Shown piece after piece: positions 1 through 16,600 of a stretch of 64,000 bases of DNA. The notes under the pieces were generated by a model that saw only the letters and a list, made by a program, of their open reading frames with translations, was not told the origin of the DNA and ran no database searches. The translations under genes and the position numbers were made by a program. Position 1 is the stretch's first letter; the number at the start of each line of letters is the position of its first letter. The stretch lies in assembly GCF_009914755.1 (NCBI RefSeq), contig NC_060946.1; one strand, 5' to 3'. This stretch comes from the human T2T-CHM13v2.0 reference genome, Homo sapiens.

Positions 1-2280
<2,280 letters not shown>

Positions 2281-2317
2281 TATGTGATGCATACACAGAT
2301 ACACAAAAACTTATTGT

Positions 2318-4620
<2,303 letters not shown>

Positions 4621-4791
4621 CGGAAGAGCCAAGGTGTTCTCAGGAGCCACCGTGTGCCACGGCAGCTTCGGGATAACTTGAGGCTGCATCCTGGGGAAGA
4701 AACACCTCCTGTCCGTGGCGCTGACGGCTGAGGACAGAGCTTTGGTGTGGCTTCTCTGCGGCTGGCTTCTTCGGGGAGTTCTTCCATCATG
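4621..4791 (+). other. Candidate distal first (5' UTR) exon of POTE transcripts
   Basis: Non-repetitive CpG-containing block starting at CCGGAAG (ETS-like) and ending at a consensus donor ATG|GTGAGT (4792-4797). Confidence 0.55.
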
Positions 4792-5124
4792 GTGAGTACA
4801 GAAGCTTTCGTTTTCTGGAATGTTCTATGTATTCCTGATGGGTCTTCCTTTTTTCTTTCTTTCCATCTTAGTATGAATTTTATAGTAGTACTCAGTCCCT
4901 GAGGGCTTTTGAGGTTGGAAAGAGTAGGAGGCTTTAGGGCTGTTTCTGAGGGAGACTCCCCATGTAGATGGAGAGAGAGGAAAGCTCTGGCTGTGGGAGG
5001 AAGAGGAAGCCCGGCCTAGGTGGGGTTTTGGGACCAGGCCCCAGTTTGGCTGCCTTGCATCCAAGCCTCAGGTGGAAGGAAAGGATCCCAGCCACCTCCA
5101 GGGTTTGCTGATTTTTTAATTGGT

Positions 5125-5567
5125 TTTATTTTTTTGGAGATAGGGTCTGGCCCTGTTGTGCATCCTGGAGTGCAGTGGCAGATCTCAGCTCACTGCAGCC
5201 TCCACTTTCTGGGCTCAAGGGATTCTCCAGCCTCAGTCTCCCCATTAGCTGGGCTTGTGCCACCATGCCCAGCTATTTTTTTTTTTTTCATATTTTTGCT
5301 GGCCACGGGGTTTCGCCATGTTACCCAGGCTTATCTTGAACTTCTGAACTCAAAGCAATCCTTCCACTTCGGCTTCCCTAAGTGCTGGGATTACAGGTGT
5401 GAACTACTGTGCCTGGTCTGCTGAATTTTGTTTTTCTTGTATTTTTGGTAGAGGCAGGGTTTCGCCATGTTGCCCAGGCTGGTCTCAAACTTCTGAGCTC
5501 AAAGAAATCCTCTCGCCTCAGCTTCCCAAAGTGCCGGGATTACAGGCATGAACTACTGCAGGTGGTC
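5125..5567 (-). mobile_element. AluJ-like element plus an additional partial Alu arm
   Basis: Antisense Alu consensus; second left-arm copy at ~5437-5567. Confidence 0.85.
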
Positions 5568-5935
5568 TACTGAACTTTTACATTTGTTTCCCAGCCGTCG
5601 GGACATAGGGGTCACTTTTCTCAACACCCCCCGCCCCCCACAGCGTCTGCCTAACTCTGTCCATCTAGTCACGGCCACCTGACTGTGGAGGAAGCGCCCT
5701 TCCATGTGGTTTAATGTCTTCTTTGCAGAAATGCCTATTCAGGTTCCCTGCTCAGTTTTGGATGGATCATTTGTTTGTTGTTGCTACTTAGTACTATTAA
5801 TGTGTTGCATATTTTCCATAACAACCCCCATTAGCCGATATGTGATTTGTTCTCCCAGCCTTCCTCTTTGGGCTCATTGTTTCCTTTTCCTTGCAAAAAG
5901 TTTTCACTTTGATGTAGCCATGCATGTTTTTTTAT

Positions 5936-6223
5936 GGCCAGGCGTGATGGTTCATGCCTGTAATCCAAGCACTTTGGGAGGCCAAGGTGGGCAGATCACT
6001 TGAGCCAAACAATTTGAGACCAGCCTGGGCAACGTGGCAAAACTTCATTTCTACAAAAAAATACAAAAAAATTAGCCAGGCGTGGTGGTGTGTGCCTGTA
6101 GTTCCAGCTATTCAGGAGGCAGAGGTGGGAGGATCACTTGTGCCGGAGAGGTCAAGGCTGCAGTGAGCCATGATCATGCCACTGCACTCCAGCCTGAGTG
6201 ACAGAGTCCCTGTCTCAAAAAAA
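5936..6223 (+). mobile_element. AluJ-like
   Basis: Alu consensus with ggaggatcacttg/aggctgcagtgagccatgatc features. Confidence 0.9.
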
Positions 6224-7087
6224 TTTTTTTGATCTTTTTAGTAACATTCATTTCAATAAGAGTGAAATGACATCTGAGTGTTGTTTTGAAGTACTTTTTT
6301 TTGATGAACAGTGATGTTGAGGACCTTTTCTCTTACCTGTTAGTTTTATGTCATCTTTGCAGATAACTCTATTCAAGTTTTTTGCTCAATATGAGTTCAG
6401 ATATGTATTTTTATGCTACTTAGTATTGCTTTTTTCTGTGTACATGTTTGGTAACAACAATTTATCACTTCTATGATTCCCTCAAATTTTCTAACAATTT
6501 TTTTTTGACACAGAGTCTCATTCTCTTACCCAGGCTGGAGCACTGCGGCATATCAGGGATTGTGAGTCCTCCAACTTAGTTTCTATTTCTCAGGATTCCT
6601 TAGACATTCAGGGCCATTTCCATGTGATCATTAGCATTGCGTATTCACATTTCTTAAATTTCTGTGCGTAATAAAGTATATAATTAGAGAGTATGCTGGG
6701 ACTGTTTTTCCTCTGGGACATTTTGGTACATGTATATTTTTAGTAATGATCAAATCAGGGTACTTGCTGTATCTGTTCTCATACAGGTATTATTTCTCTG
6801 TTGTGATAACACTCAAATTGCTCCCTTCTAGCTTTATTGAAAAATGTACTATTTTGTTAACCAGAGTCACCCAGCTGTGGTATAGAATGCAAGAATGTGT
6901 TTGTCCCAACTAACTGCAACTTTGTTTCCATAACCAATCCTTCCATCTCCTCCTTCCCCTGTCTTCGGAAAACCACTACTGTACCTTGTACTTATTGAAG
7001 GCAAAGTTTTTTGGATTCCATATAAGTGAGATGAATTTGCTTGTTTTTCTATGCCAGGCTTATTTTATTTAACAATATATTTTCCAG

Positions 7088-7201
7088 GTTCATCCATATG
7101 GCTCCAAATGAAAATTACATTATTTTGTTAAGGATGAAGAGTATTATTGCATTGTGCAGATACACTGCAGTGTCTTCATCTCTTGATGTGTGGTTGGATA
7201 G
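7088..7201 (+). other. Candidate L1-derived 5' exon B (114 nt)
   Basis: tttccAG|gtt...gatag|GTAGGT; paralogous to 9618..9730 and 11728..11839. Confidence 0.5.
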
Positions 7202-7836
7202 GTAGGTTCATTCCATATCTTCTATATTGTGAATAGCGCTTCATAAAACATGGGAAGGCAGATAATTTTTTATGGTACCAGTTGCCTTTGCTTTAAATGC
7301 ATACCCAGTATGAGAAGCTCCCAAGTTTTTTTCACAGTATGTTCACCAATTTACATCGACATCAATAGCATATATGAGTTTCCCTTTCTGTAAGCCTACA
7401 CTGGTTGCTGCCGTCCAAAATTTTTATTGCTGTTTGGGTAATATTCATTCTCAGTGGAGTTTGATGGTATCTGATATCGGAGTGTGATTCTGACTTACAT
7501 GTTTGGAGTGATTAGTGATGTGGAGAAACTTCTGTTTCACCTGTGAATCAGTTTCATGTCCTTTGCAGAGGTGGTTGTGTATATCCTTTGCATATTTTTA
7601 GCTCGTGTATTTTTTTTTTAATCTTTTCCCCACTTAGTAGCTTTAGTGCTTGAATATGTTAGATAACAACCCCTTCCAAAATTATGATTTTCCACAGTTT
7701 TCCCCCAATCATCCTTTCCGCCAAGGTAGGATGCTTTCTCTTTGGGGTCATTGTTTTCTCCCACATGCGGAAGCTCTAAAGTGTTGGTCTCACAGGTTTA
7801 TATTTGCTTTTGTCAGCATGGATTTCTGTGTCTCAT

Positions 7837-7878
7837 GAGAGAGAGAGAGAGAGAGAGAGAAAGTGAGAGAGAAAGAGA
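7837..7878. repeat. (GA)n microsatellite
   Basis: Direct reading. Confidence 0.95.
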
Positions 7879-9617
7879 TGGCAAAGTCATTGTATTTTCT
7901 ATGGGTATTTTCCCCCTAAGTGAGAACATGTGGTATTTGGTTTTCTGTTCTTTCCTTAGTTTGCTTAGCATAGTGGCCTGCAGGTTCATCCTTCTTGCTG
8001 CCGAGAGCACGAATTTGTTTAAGCTGTGTAGGATTTTGCAGTATCTATATACAACACTTTAAAACATCGAATCAACTGTTAAAGGGAACATAGGTCAATT
8101 TTATTTTATTTTTTCTTGTGAATAGCACTACCAAGAACATACCCATGTCTGTGTCATTTTGAAAGAAGGGTTTATGATTTAGTTTCCTCTGTCTAGATAC
8201 CCAGTTATGCGATTGCTCATTTGGATGGTAGTTGTTAAGTTTTTTGAGGAACCTCCAAACCGCTTCTCATAGTGTGAGCACTAGTTTTTATTCCCTCCAG
8301 GAGTGTAGCAGTGTTTGCTTTCCTCCGCTGCCTTGTCAGCATGTAAATGTTGGACTTTGGACAAATGGCCATTCTGACCGACGGGAGATGGTATCTCAGT
8401 GTGTGTGTGAGTTGCATTTCTCTGATGATGAGTGATGTTGAGGGTTTTTTTTGTCTATTGGTCACTTGTACATCTTATTTTTACAAGAACGTCTTCATGT
8501 CTTGTACCCATTGTTTGATTGGGTTATTTGTTTTTCTGCCTCTTGATTTTTTTAAGGTCACGTTAGAGTCTGGCTATTAGGTCTTGGTCAGAAGCATAGT
8601 TTGGGAACATTTTCTCCCATCCTGTAGGCTATGTTTTTACTGTGCTGGTGATTTATTTTGCTGTCTGGCAGTGTTTTAGTTTCTTAGGCCCAACTTGTCC
8701 ATTTTGGTTTTTCTTGCCGTTGCTCTTAGGGACTAAGTTATTTAAATTCTTTACAAAAGCCCGTGTTGAGAAAGGTCTTTCCTAGTTTTTCTTGTAGGAC
8801 TTGTATAGTTTGTAGTCTTCTGCTGAAATCTTTCATTCACCTTGAGTTAGTTTTTGCATCTTGTGAGAGGTAAGGCTGTAGTGCTGTTCATCTGCAAGTG
8901 GCTAGACACTATCCCAGTGCCATTCATTGCACAGTGAGCCCTTTCCACATCTGAATTTTGGTGTTTCAAAGGTCAGATGGTTGTGGGTATGTGGGGTTGC
9001 TTCTGGGTTTCCTATTCTGTCTAGGTGGAGGTGGGTCTGTAGCTTTTCTGTGAAATTTGAAATTGGAGAGTGTGGTCCATCTGACATCGTCTGAATCTCC
9101 CAGCCTGGCTTTGGAGTTTCAGAGCATTTTGTGGTCCCATGGGAATTTTAGCATTCATTGTTTCTTCACATTGCTTTCAAAAAACAAAATCGACCCCATC
9201 CTAAAGGTGTACAGGTAGGGGGTAGAGTGGAATATTTGGATCCATGCATGCATCACATAGTGATGAAATCAGGGTATATAGTGTCGTTTTTTGCCTTGTA
9301 GAGTGTTCCTGTCTTTGAGTTGAGGAGAGCCAGAACCCTTCTTTCTGGCTGTCTTGAAAACTATCCTCTGGTAAAGTTTTCTCTAGTCACCCTGCTGAGG
9401 AATAGAACAGCAGGTTTCATTTCTCTTATGCAATGTGTCACTTTGTACCTGTTTCCTGTCCCCACCCATGCCCAGCCTTCTGTTCCAACCCTGGCAAGCA
9501 CTATGGTGCTTTGTAGGTCTATGTGAGATTAAAGGGTCTTAGATTCCCCATGACTGAGGTAATGTGAGGTTTGTCTTTCTCTGCCTAGTGACAGACATTT
9601 AACATAATGTCCTCCAG

Positions 9618-9730
9618 GTTCCACAGTGTTGCCACAGATGACGTGATTTCAGTACCTGTGTATGGCTGAAAAGTGTTTGTTTGTGAATGGATATTGCGGT
9701 TTCTGGATCTCATCCTCTGCAGGTGGACAG
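9618..9730 (+). other. Candidate L1-derived 5' exon C (113 nt)
   Basis: cctccAG|gtt...ggacag|GTAGGT. Confidence 0.55.
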
Positions 9731-10854
9731 GTAGGTTGATTCCTTATCTTGGCTATTGCGACTGGTTCCAGAGTCAGCATGGGAAGGCAGATGTGTCTTC
9801 TGTGTACTGGTGACATATGATTCCAGTGCACACCCTGCAGTAGCGTGGCTCGGTGAAATGGTCGTTGTATTTTTAGTTTTCAGAGGAGCCTCCAGGTGGC
9901 CTCTGTAGTGAGCGTACTAATTTACCTTGCCAACAGTTGTGGATAAGAGAGCTCCCCTCTCTGGAAATTCACAGCAGCATTTGTGGTTTCCCTTCTTTTA
10001 ATATATATGAAGTTCTTTGTAATACTCTTTCCTTTGAGAGGGACACGATATCTGAGTCTTGTTCTGATTTTCATTTTTCTTATGATTAGTGATACTAACT
10101 AGGTGTTAACAAGTACATTTGTTTTCAGTGTTGTGTGTTCTTTGCAGAAAAGACTCTTTGGTTTCTTTGCCCAATTTTGGTTTGCTAATTACCTTCTCTT
10201 TTCTGCTGTTTTCTGCTAGTTAGTAGTGTTAGTTACTTACACCTTTTCCAAAAGTCTCCTTAGCTGTGTTTTCCCTGATATCTTTCTTATCATCCTTTGG
10301 ATGTTTGTTTCTTTTCATTCATTGTTTTCGTTCTTTCTTGCCCCCAAGCCATATAGTCTGATGAGTCTGATGCGTATTCAGGGGTGTGCAGTGTTGTGGT
10401 TTTCCACTACGTTGGTTACTGATGAAATAAAGGAAATTCACTAGCATACGAATCTGTTGTGAGTTTTGCTTGTTTGTTGTTTGTATTCTTTTCTTTCCCC
10501 CATATTTTTTCGTTTTCGTTTTTGCAAACTGTAAGCATAGATCCAGGTTGACCCAGGTATCTGCACACCATATACTTTCTTCTCAGAGAGTGATAGTTTC
10601 AAGTTTTGGGTATAGGTCTTTCATTCATGTTGAATAGATGGTTGTGAATTTCACACAATAAGGACCCTATGTTGTTATTTTGCCTAGGGATATCCAGTTC
10701 TCAGAACGCTGTATTGGACAGACTCTCCATTCCTGTGGTGACTTTTGCGGTTCTTTCTAAACATGTGCTTACGCTATATCAATTTGAATTTACTCCTGGG
10801 CATCCTCATTGTGTCCGTTGGCCTGTGTTTCTCTGCTAATGCCTATCACAAATC

Positions 10855-11241
10855 ATCTGGGTAACTAAAGTTTTGGGAAGTAGTTTAAAGTGGAAGAGTG
10901 TGATGGCTCCACCGACTTTGTGTGTGTAGGAATCTGGGTAACTAAAGCTTTGGGAAGTAGGTTAAAGTGGAAGAGTGTGATGGTCCACTGACTTTGTATG
11001 TGTAGGAATCTGGGTAACTAAAGCTTTGGGAAGTAGTTTAAAGTGGAAGAGTGTGATGGCGCTCCACTGACTTTATGTGTGTAGGAATCTGGGTAACTAA
11101 AGCTTTGGGAAGTAGTTTAAAGTGGAAGAGTGTGATGGTCCACTGACTTTGTGTGTGTAGGAATCTGGGTAACTAAAGCTTTGGGAAGTAGTTTAAAGTG
11201 GAAGAGTGTAATGGCGCTCCACCGACTTTATGTGTGTAGGA
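10855..11241. repeat. Minisatellite, 5 copies of a 76-79 bp unit
   Basis: atctgggtaactaaag recurs at 10855, 10932, 11008, 11087, 11163. Confidence 0.95.
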
Positions 11242-11727
11242 GCTGCTTTGGGAGTGCGGGGCACTTCGTTGTCCCACAGGACTTTCAGAAATGTGATGTG
11301 ATCCTATTTGAAAACAAAAATTTCACATGGTCTATGCTTTTACTTTAAGGGTGCAAGGGACCGTTTGACATATGGATCAGTGCTGTTGTGATCAGATTAC
11401 AGGAACTCGCGTCTTTGTTTCAGGCTACAGTGAGGATTTCTTGGTGGAGAGCGTACCCCGATCACCCCTTCACGCTATATCGAATATCATGCTAGGGTAT
11501 TGTTAAGCCTAGTCACCCTGCTAAGCCGTAGAACACCAGAATTCTTGCCATTCATCTGAGTGTCACTTTGTAGCTGTTTCCAAGCCTCCCCTCAGCCTCT
11601 GGTACGCACTGCTGACGTTGCTCCTCTATGAGATTCACTTCGTTAGATTCCACGTGCGTGAGATTGTGCTGTGTTTGTGTTTGTCCTCCTGTGCCTGGCT
11701 CATTTCCTTTAACTTAATGTCCTTCAG

Positions 11728-11839
11728 GTTTCTCCACCTTGCTGGAAGTGACCTGATATCCAGAAGTTTGATGGCTGAGGAGTATACCATTGTGCTTGCG
11801 TCCTTCATTTCCTGCATTTCTTCCTCCATGGATGGACAG
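11728..11839 (+). other. Candidate L1-derived 5' exon D (112 nt) carrying ATGs at 11828 and 11832
   Basis: ccttcAG|gtt...ATGGATGGACAG|GTAGAT; ATG 11832 is in frame with POTE after splicing to 20112, 20223 or 20334. Confidence 0.55.
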
Positions 11840-14800
11840 GTAGATTACCTCTATACCCTGGTTATTGTCCAGAGTACTTCATCAAACATGGGAAGGCAAA
11901 TATCTCCTTAAGTTTCAAGTTTCCTTGGCTTTGCCGGTATACCCAATGTTGGGATGGCTAGAGGAACTGGTAGTTGTATTGTCGTTTCAGAAACCTCCTG
12001 CTGTCTCTCCCAGTGGATATACAAATTTGCATTCCTACCAATAGTGTGTGAGAGTTTCTCTGTCTGCAAATCTACACTGCCCTTATCTTCAAAAAGTTTT
12101 ATTGCTGTTCCTGGTCATACTCGTTCTCTGGGGAGTTTGGCAGTATCTGAGTGTGGTTGGGATTTACATTTAGGGGATGATTACTGATGTGGAGAAACTT
12201 CTGTTACCTGCAAGTCTGTTTCAGGTCTTTTCAGAAATGCCTATGCCAGTCCTTTGGGCATTTTTAGTGTATGTATTGTTTTTTATGATTTTTTCCACTT
12301 AGGACCATTAGTTTCTTGAATATGTTAGATAAGAAGCCCTTCCAGATCCACAGTTTTCCATAATTTTCTCCCAGTCTGTGGGATGTCTTCTGTTGGGTTC
12401 ACTGTTTTCTCTCCAGTGTTGAAGCTGTGTGAAGCTCTGAAGTTGTCCTTAGTCTCACGTGGTCACATGAGCTTTTGTTAGCGGTGATTTCTGTGTCCCT
12501 TTGAGAAGTAAAGCGAGATGGCAAAGCCATTGTATGGTCTACGGGTAGTTGATTCCTATGTATTTTCTGTTTGTAGCTTAGGTTCACAGGTTCAAGTTTC
12601 CCCACAGTAGACACACACCCTATGCGTTTTCCTTGGAGGTTTTGGTTTCACAATTGCTCTTTGGTGTTCAGTGGATTTTGTGTCATTTTTTGTGTCTTGT
12701 GTAAGAGAAGGGTTTATTTCAGTCCTTTGCACATGAACCCCCCAGTTTGTTCAACCATTGTGCCTTTGGTGTGCTTTTGGGGGAAAAGCAAGAATCCCAT
12801 GGGTTCAGTGTTTATAATTGTGGGTTGATTATTTGGCTCCTTTGTTGTGTCCATTCGGTTATCTTTCTGTGTTCATGCCACTAATGGATGGATTGGGCCA
12901 CTGTAGGCTTTTTCTTTTGTTTTGTGTGTTTTCTTGTATTTTTTTCCTTTTTTTCCATTTCCATTTCCAAAGCTGGGTTTTCTAAAATGATAGCTACTTT
13001 TATTGTGATGGAGGGGTGTATGCCTGCAGGTTCATTTCACTACATGGCTATACAGCAGACTTTTGATGCTTGAGGTCCCAACTTACCCGTCACCCAGACA
13101 GTGAACACAGCACCAGTTGGATCATTCTTCCTCCAAGGCTTCCTGTCTCCCTCCTTTTTCTGTCTGGTAGTACCCAACGTCTGTTGATTTCATCTTTATG
13201 TTCGTGTGTGTTCAGTGTTGAGTTTCTGCCTGTAAGTGAAAATCTGTGGTGTTTGGTCTTTTGTTCTTGCCTGAGTTCGCTTAGCAGAGTGGCCTGCAGT
13301 TCTATCTATGTTGCTGCTGAGGGCATGATTTTGTTTCTGTGTTTGATTTTCCTTGGTGGCTTCTTAGTATTCTGTGGTGTATAGGTATCACATTTAAAAA
13401 CACCTGATTTTCTGTTGGTGGGCATCTAGGTCAGGTCCACGTCTTTATTCCTGTGAGTAGCACTCCCATGAACATGCAAATGTGTGTGTCTTTTTGATAG
13501 ACACATGTATTTTTCCCTGGGGTAGATACACAGGGTTGGATTGCTGGGTAGAAGGGTAGCTCTGCTTCCTTTCCCTCTTTGTTGTTGTTGTTGAGGAATC
13601 TTGAAACTGCTCTCCGCAGTGTGAGACCTAGTTTGCATTACCCCAAGAGTGTAGCTGTTTTCGCTTTTATGTACTGCTACACAAATATGTTTTGTGTTTG
13701 GACAAATGGCCATTCTGACTGGTGTGTGATGGCACTGGTACCTCATCTCTGATGATTAGTGATGTTGAGCATTTTCTCGTGTCTGTTGGTCTTTTTTAGG
13801 TCTTGTTTTGACTAGTGTGTTTGTATCATTTGCCCATTTTTTACTTGTGTTATTTTTCTGCTTCTTGATTTAGGTAAGGTCCTCTAGATTCTGGCTGTTA
13901 GAACTTGGTCAGATGCTTGGTTTGGGAACATTTTCTCCCATCATGTAGTCTATGTGTTTACTGTGTTGGCAATTGCTTTGCTGTGCAGCAGGTCCGTAGT
14001 TTCTTAGGCCAGACTTGTACTTTTTGTTTTTTCTTGCATTTCTTTTGGGTACTAAATTGTCTTAAGTGGTTTGCAAAAGCCTATGTTGAGAAAGGTGTTT
14101 AATAGGTTGTCTGTTAGGACTTTTATATTTGAAGTCTTCTATTTCAGTCTTTGGTTCATCTTGAGTTAATTTTCCATATGATGACAAGCAGGGCTGCAGT
14201 GTTAATTGTCCTGCACATGGCTAGTCATGTATCCCAGTGCCATTCATCGCATAGTGAGCCTTTTCTTTCTTATTTCTGTGGTTTTGTCAAAGGTCAGATG
14301 GTTGTACTTCTGCCAGGCTACTTCTGCATTTTCTAACTTGTCTAGGTGAAAGCTAGGTCATTTTTTTTCTGTTACGATCTATTCTGATTTCTTGGATTCA
14401 AGAACAGATAAATAAATTTTAGAAACTGAAGAACCCACTTAGACATTCTCAAGGTTAGAAACCATCACCATCATCCTATTCTGTGATGCTATGGACTTTA
14501 TTGAGTTACATCTTTGCCCTTTTCCCTCAAGTCTCTCCTCTGGATTTATTTTGTGAAATTAGATTCTGAATCACATTTTGTTGCATAAACTGTGCTTGAG
14601 CAAAAAAAAAATTTTTTTTTCTAAAAACATCCTTAGTATACATGGGGTGAAGAACAACAAACGTGTCTCCTCTTTCCACTAGTCACACCATTACACTCCT
14701 TTCCAGCCTCTTTGCTGCTGCATATGGCCATTCAAATGAGCCCTGGCTAAGTACATGTCGATAGAAGTTAATGTTTGCTTCTTGCAAGCCTGGCCCGTGA

Positions 14801-15886
14801 TTCTATGTTCTGATTTAGAACATTCTGATTTAGAACATAAAAAGGAAGTGAGACTTGCTGAATGAGACAGAGAAAGCACTCTTGAACGCTTCCTCTGACA
14901 AGCTCCAAGGCACACTAGTTGTTTTGCAGTGCTTTGGACAGCTACTCATTTGTTGGACAATAATTTCCCAACATGGGGACAACCCAGAACATTTTCCACG
15001 TTCATATTCTGCTTCAGTTGCTCATGGTTTTGGTCAAAGCTAGACAGTGACTAATGCAGGAGACTCAGACCCCAGGCCAGCGTGGAGTCCTGTGGTTGAA
15101 GACAGGCTGGACCGTCAGAGGAAGAAAACAGCCATTTTTTCTGGATTTTCACTTTCTCTGTTTTCAGGAAACCTGAAGCCGGTTATGTTATTCAGGCATG
15201 ACTGAAAAGAGATTATTTTGAGTTGTTTTGGTGGCACCAAGAAATGTGCCAATGTGACGGCCAAAAAAGCAGAAAGACCAAGGCATTGAGTGTGGGAGAG
15301 CCACTGATGATGCTGGGTTTGGTAGGCTTTTCGAGATCTCCCAGCCCCAAAACAGCCAAGCAACTTTGTCCTGGGTTGTGAGTGGGCTCAGCCCCTGTGT
15401 ACACCCATGCTTGGATTCTGGCACACATGGCACCCACAGGAGGCAACGCCCCCTCCAGGAGACCGGTTGGCAGGACCCTGTCTCCACACGTGAAGACAGC
15501 AGGCAGAACCCACACGTCCTCTACTTCTCCCAGTGCCAGTCACCCATGGGGGTTCACGATGAGACCCACAGGTCCAACCTGCAGGCAGAGTTACCACCCC
15601 AGCCTGAGTCAAAGTGGACCTTTTTCTGCCAGAGGGGTCTGCTTTCCCATTGGCCAAAATGGCCTCAAATGACAGGGACAGAACAAGGCACAAGTGCCCA
15701 TTAGAGTGTCTGAGCCCACCTGCTGTCTGCTCCCACACATCTCCTGGGAGGTCCCAGCAGGCACCCAGGCCTGGGCCACAGCTTACCCCACATTCAGAAG
15801 TGGATAGCACAGCTGCCCTGTGCAGGCCTCAGGGAGGAAAGGGAGAAAGAGAGATGACAAAAGCAAGACAGAGGAAATGCAGCAAA

Positions 15887-15888
<2 letters not shown>

Positions 15889-15936
<48 letters not shown>
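15889..15936. repeat. (CA)n microsatellite
   Basis: Direct reading. Confidence 0.95.
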
Positions 15937-15937
<1 letters not shown>

Positions 15938-16309
15938 TGACACTCATCTGGGGCAGGCCATCCTGTCACCATGACGAGCAGTGCAGGCAGCCGAGAGCCG
16001 GGCAGGAGGCGGTGCCGCTGTCCCCTGAGTTAGGGTCTGGATCCAGGGAAGAACATAGAGTCCATAGAGTCAAGGGCCACTGACCTCAGGACCTGCAGTT
16101 TGCAGGGAGGGGATGCTGTGAGAAGAACTGTTCCACGTCACAGCTAAATATGTCTGACTTCAAGAAAATATTTCAAACCAAAGTACATTTATGGAAGATT
16201 CTCGATGATATAAAAAAAGCACAGTTTAGAAAATGGGAAAGCAATCACTGGACAGATTCATATATTTTCATCTAAATTTAGTTACAGAGTTTTTCTAAAA
16301 CTGGGATCA

Positions 16310-16600
16310 GGCCAGGTATGGTGGCTCAGGCCTGTAATCCTAGTACTTTGGGAGCCTGAGGCAGGAGGATCACTTGAGACTGGGAGTGGGAGACCAGCCT
16401 GGGCAACATGGTGAGACCCCTTATCTCTACCAAAAATACAGAACTTGGCCAGTCATGGTAGCACGCCCCTGTAGTCCCAGCTACTCAGAAGGCTGAGGTG
16501 GGAGGATTGCTTGAACCTGGGAGGTTGAGGCTGCAGTTAGACAAGATTGCACCACTGCATTCCAGCCTGGGTGACAGCCCGTCTCAAAAAATAATAACAA
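16310..16600 (+). mobile_element. AluJ-like
   Basis: Alu consensus. Confidence 0.9.

Larger units (their letters stand above)
6230..14345 (-). mobile_element. Degenerate antisense L1 3'-end segments arranged as old tandem duplications
   Basis: Recurrent anchors: agtcaccc...tagaa (6863, 9383, 11509); catgggaaggca (~7249, 9778, 11887); ggacaaatggccattctgac (8359, 13700); aaaggtcagatggttgt (8968, 14289). Confidence 0.75.
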
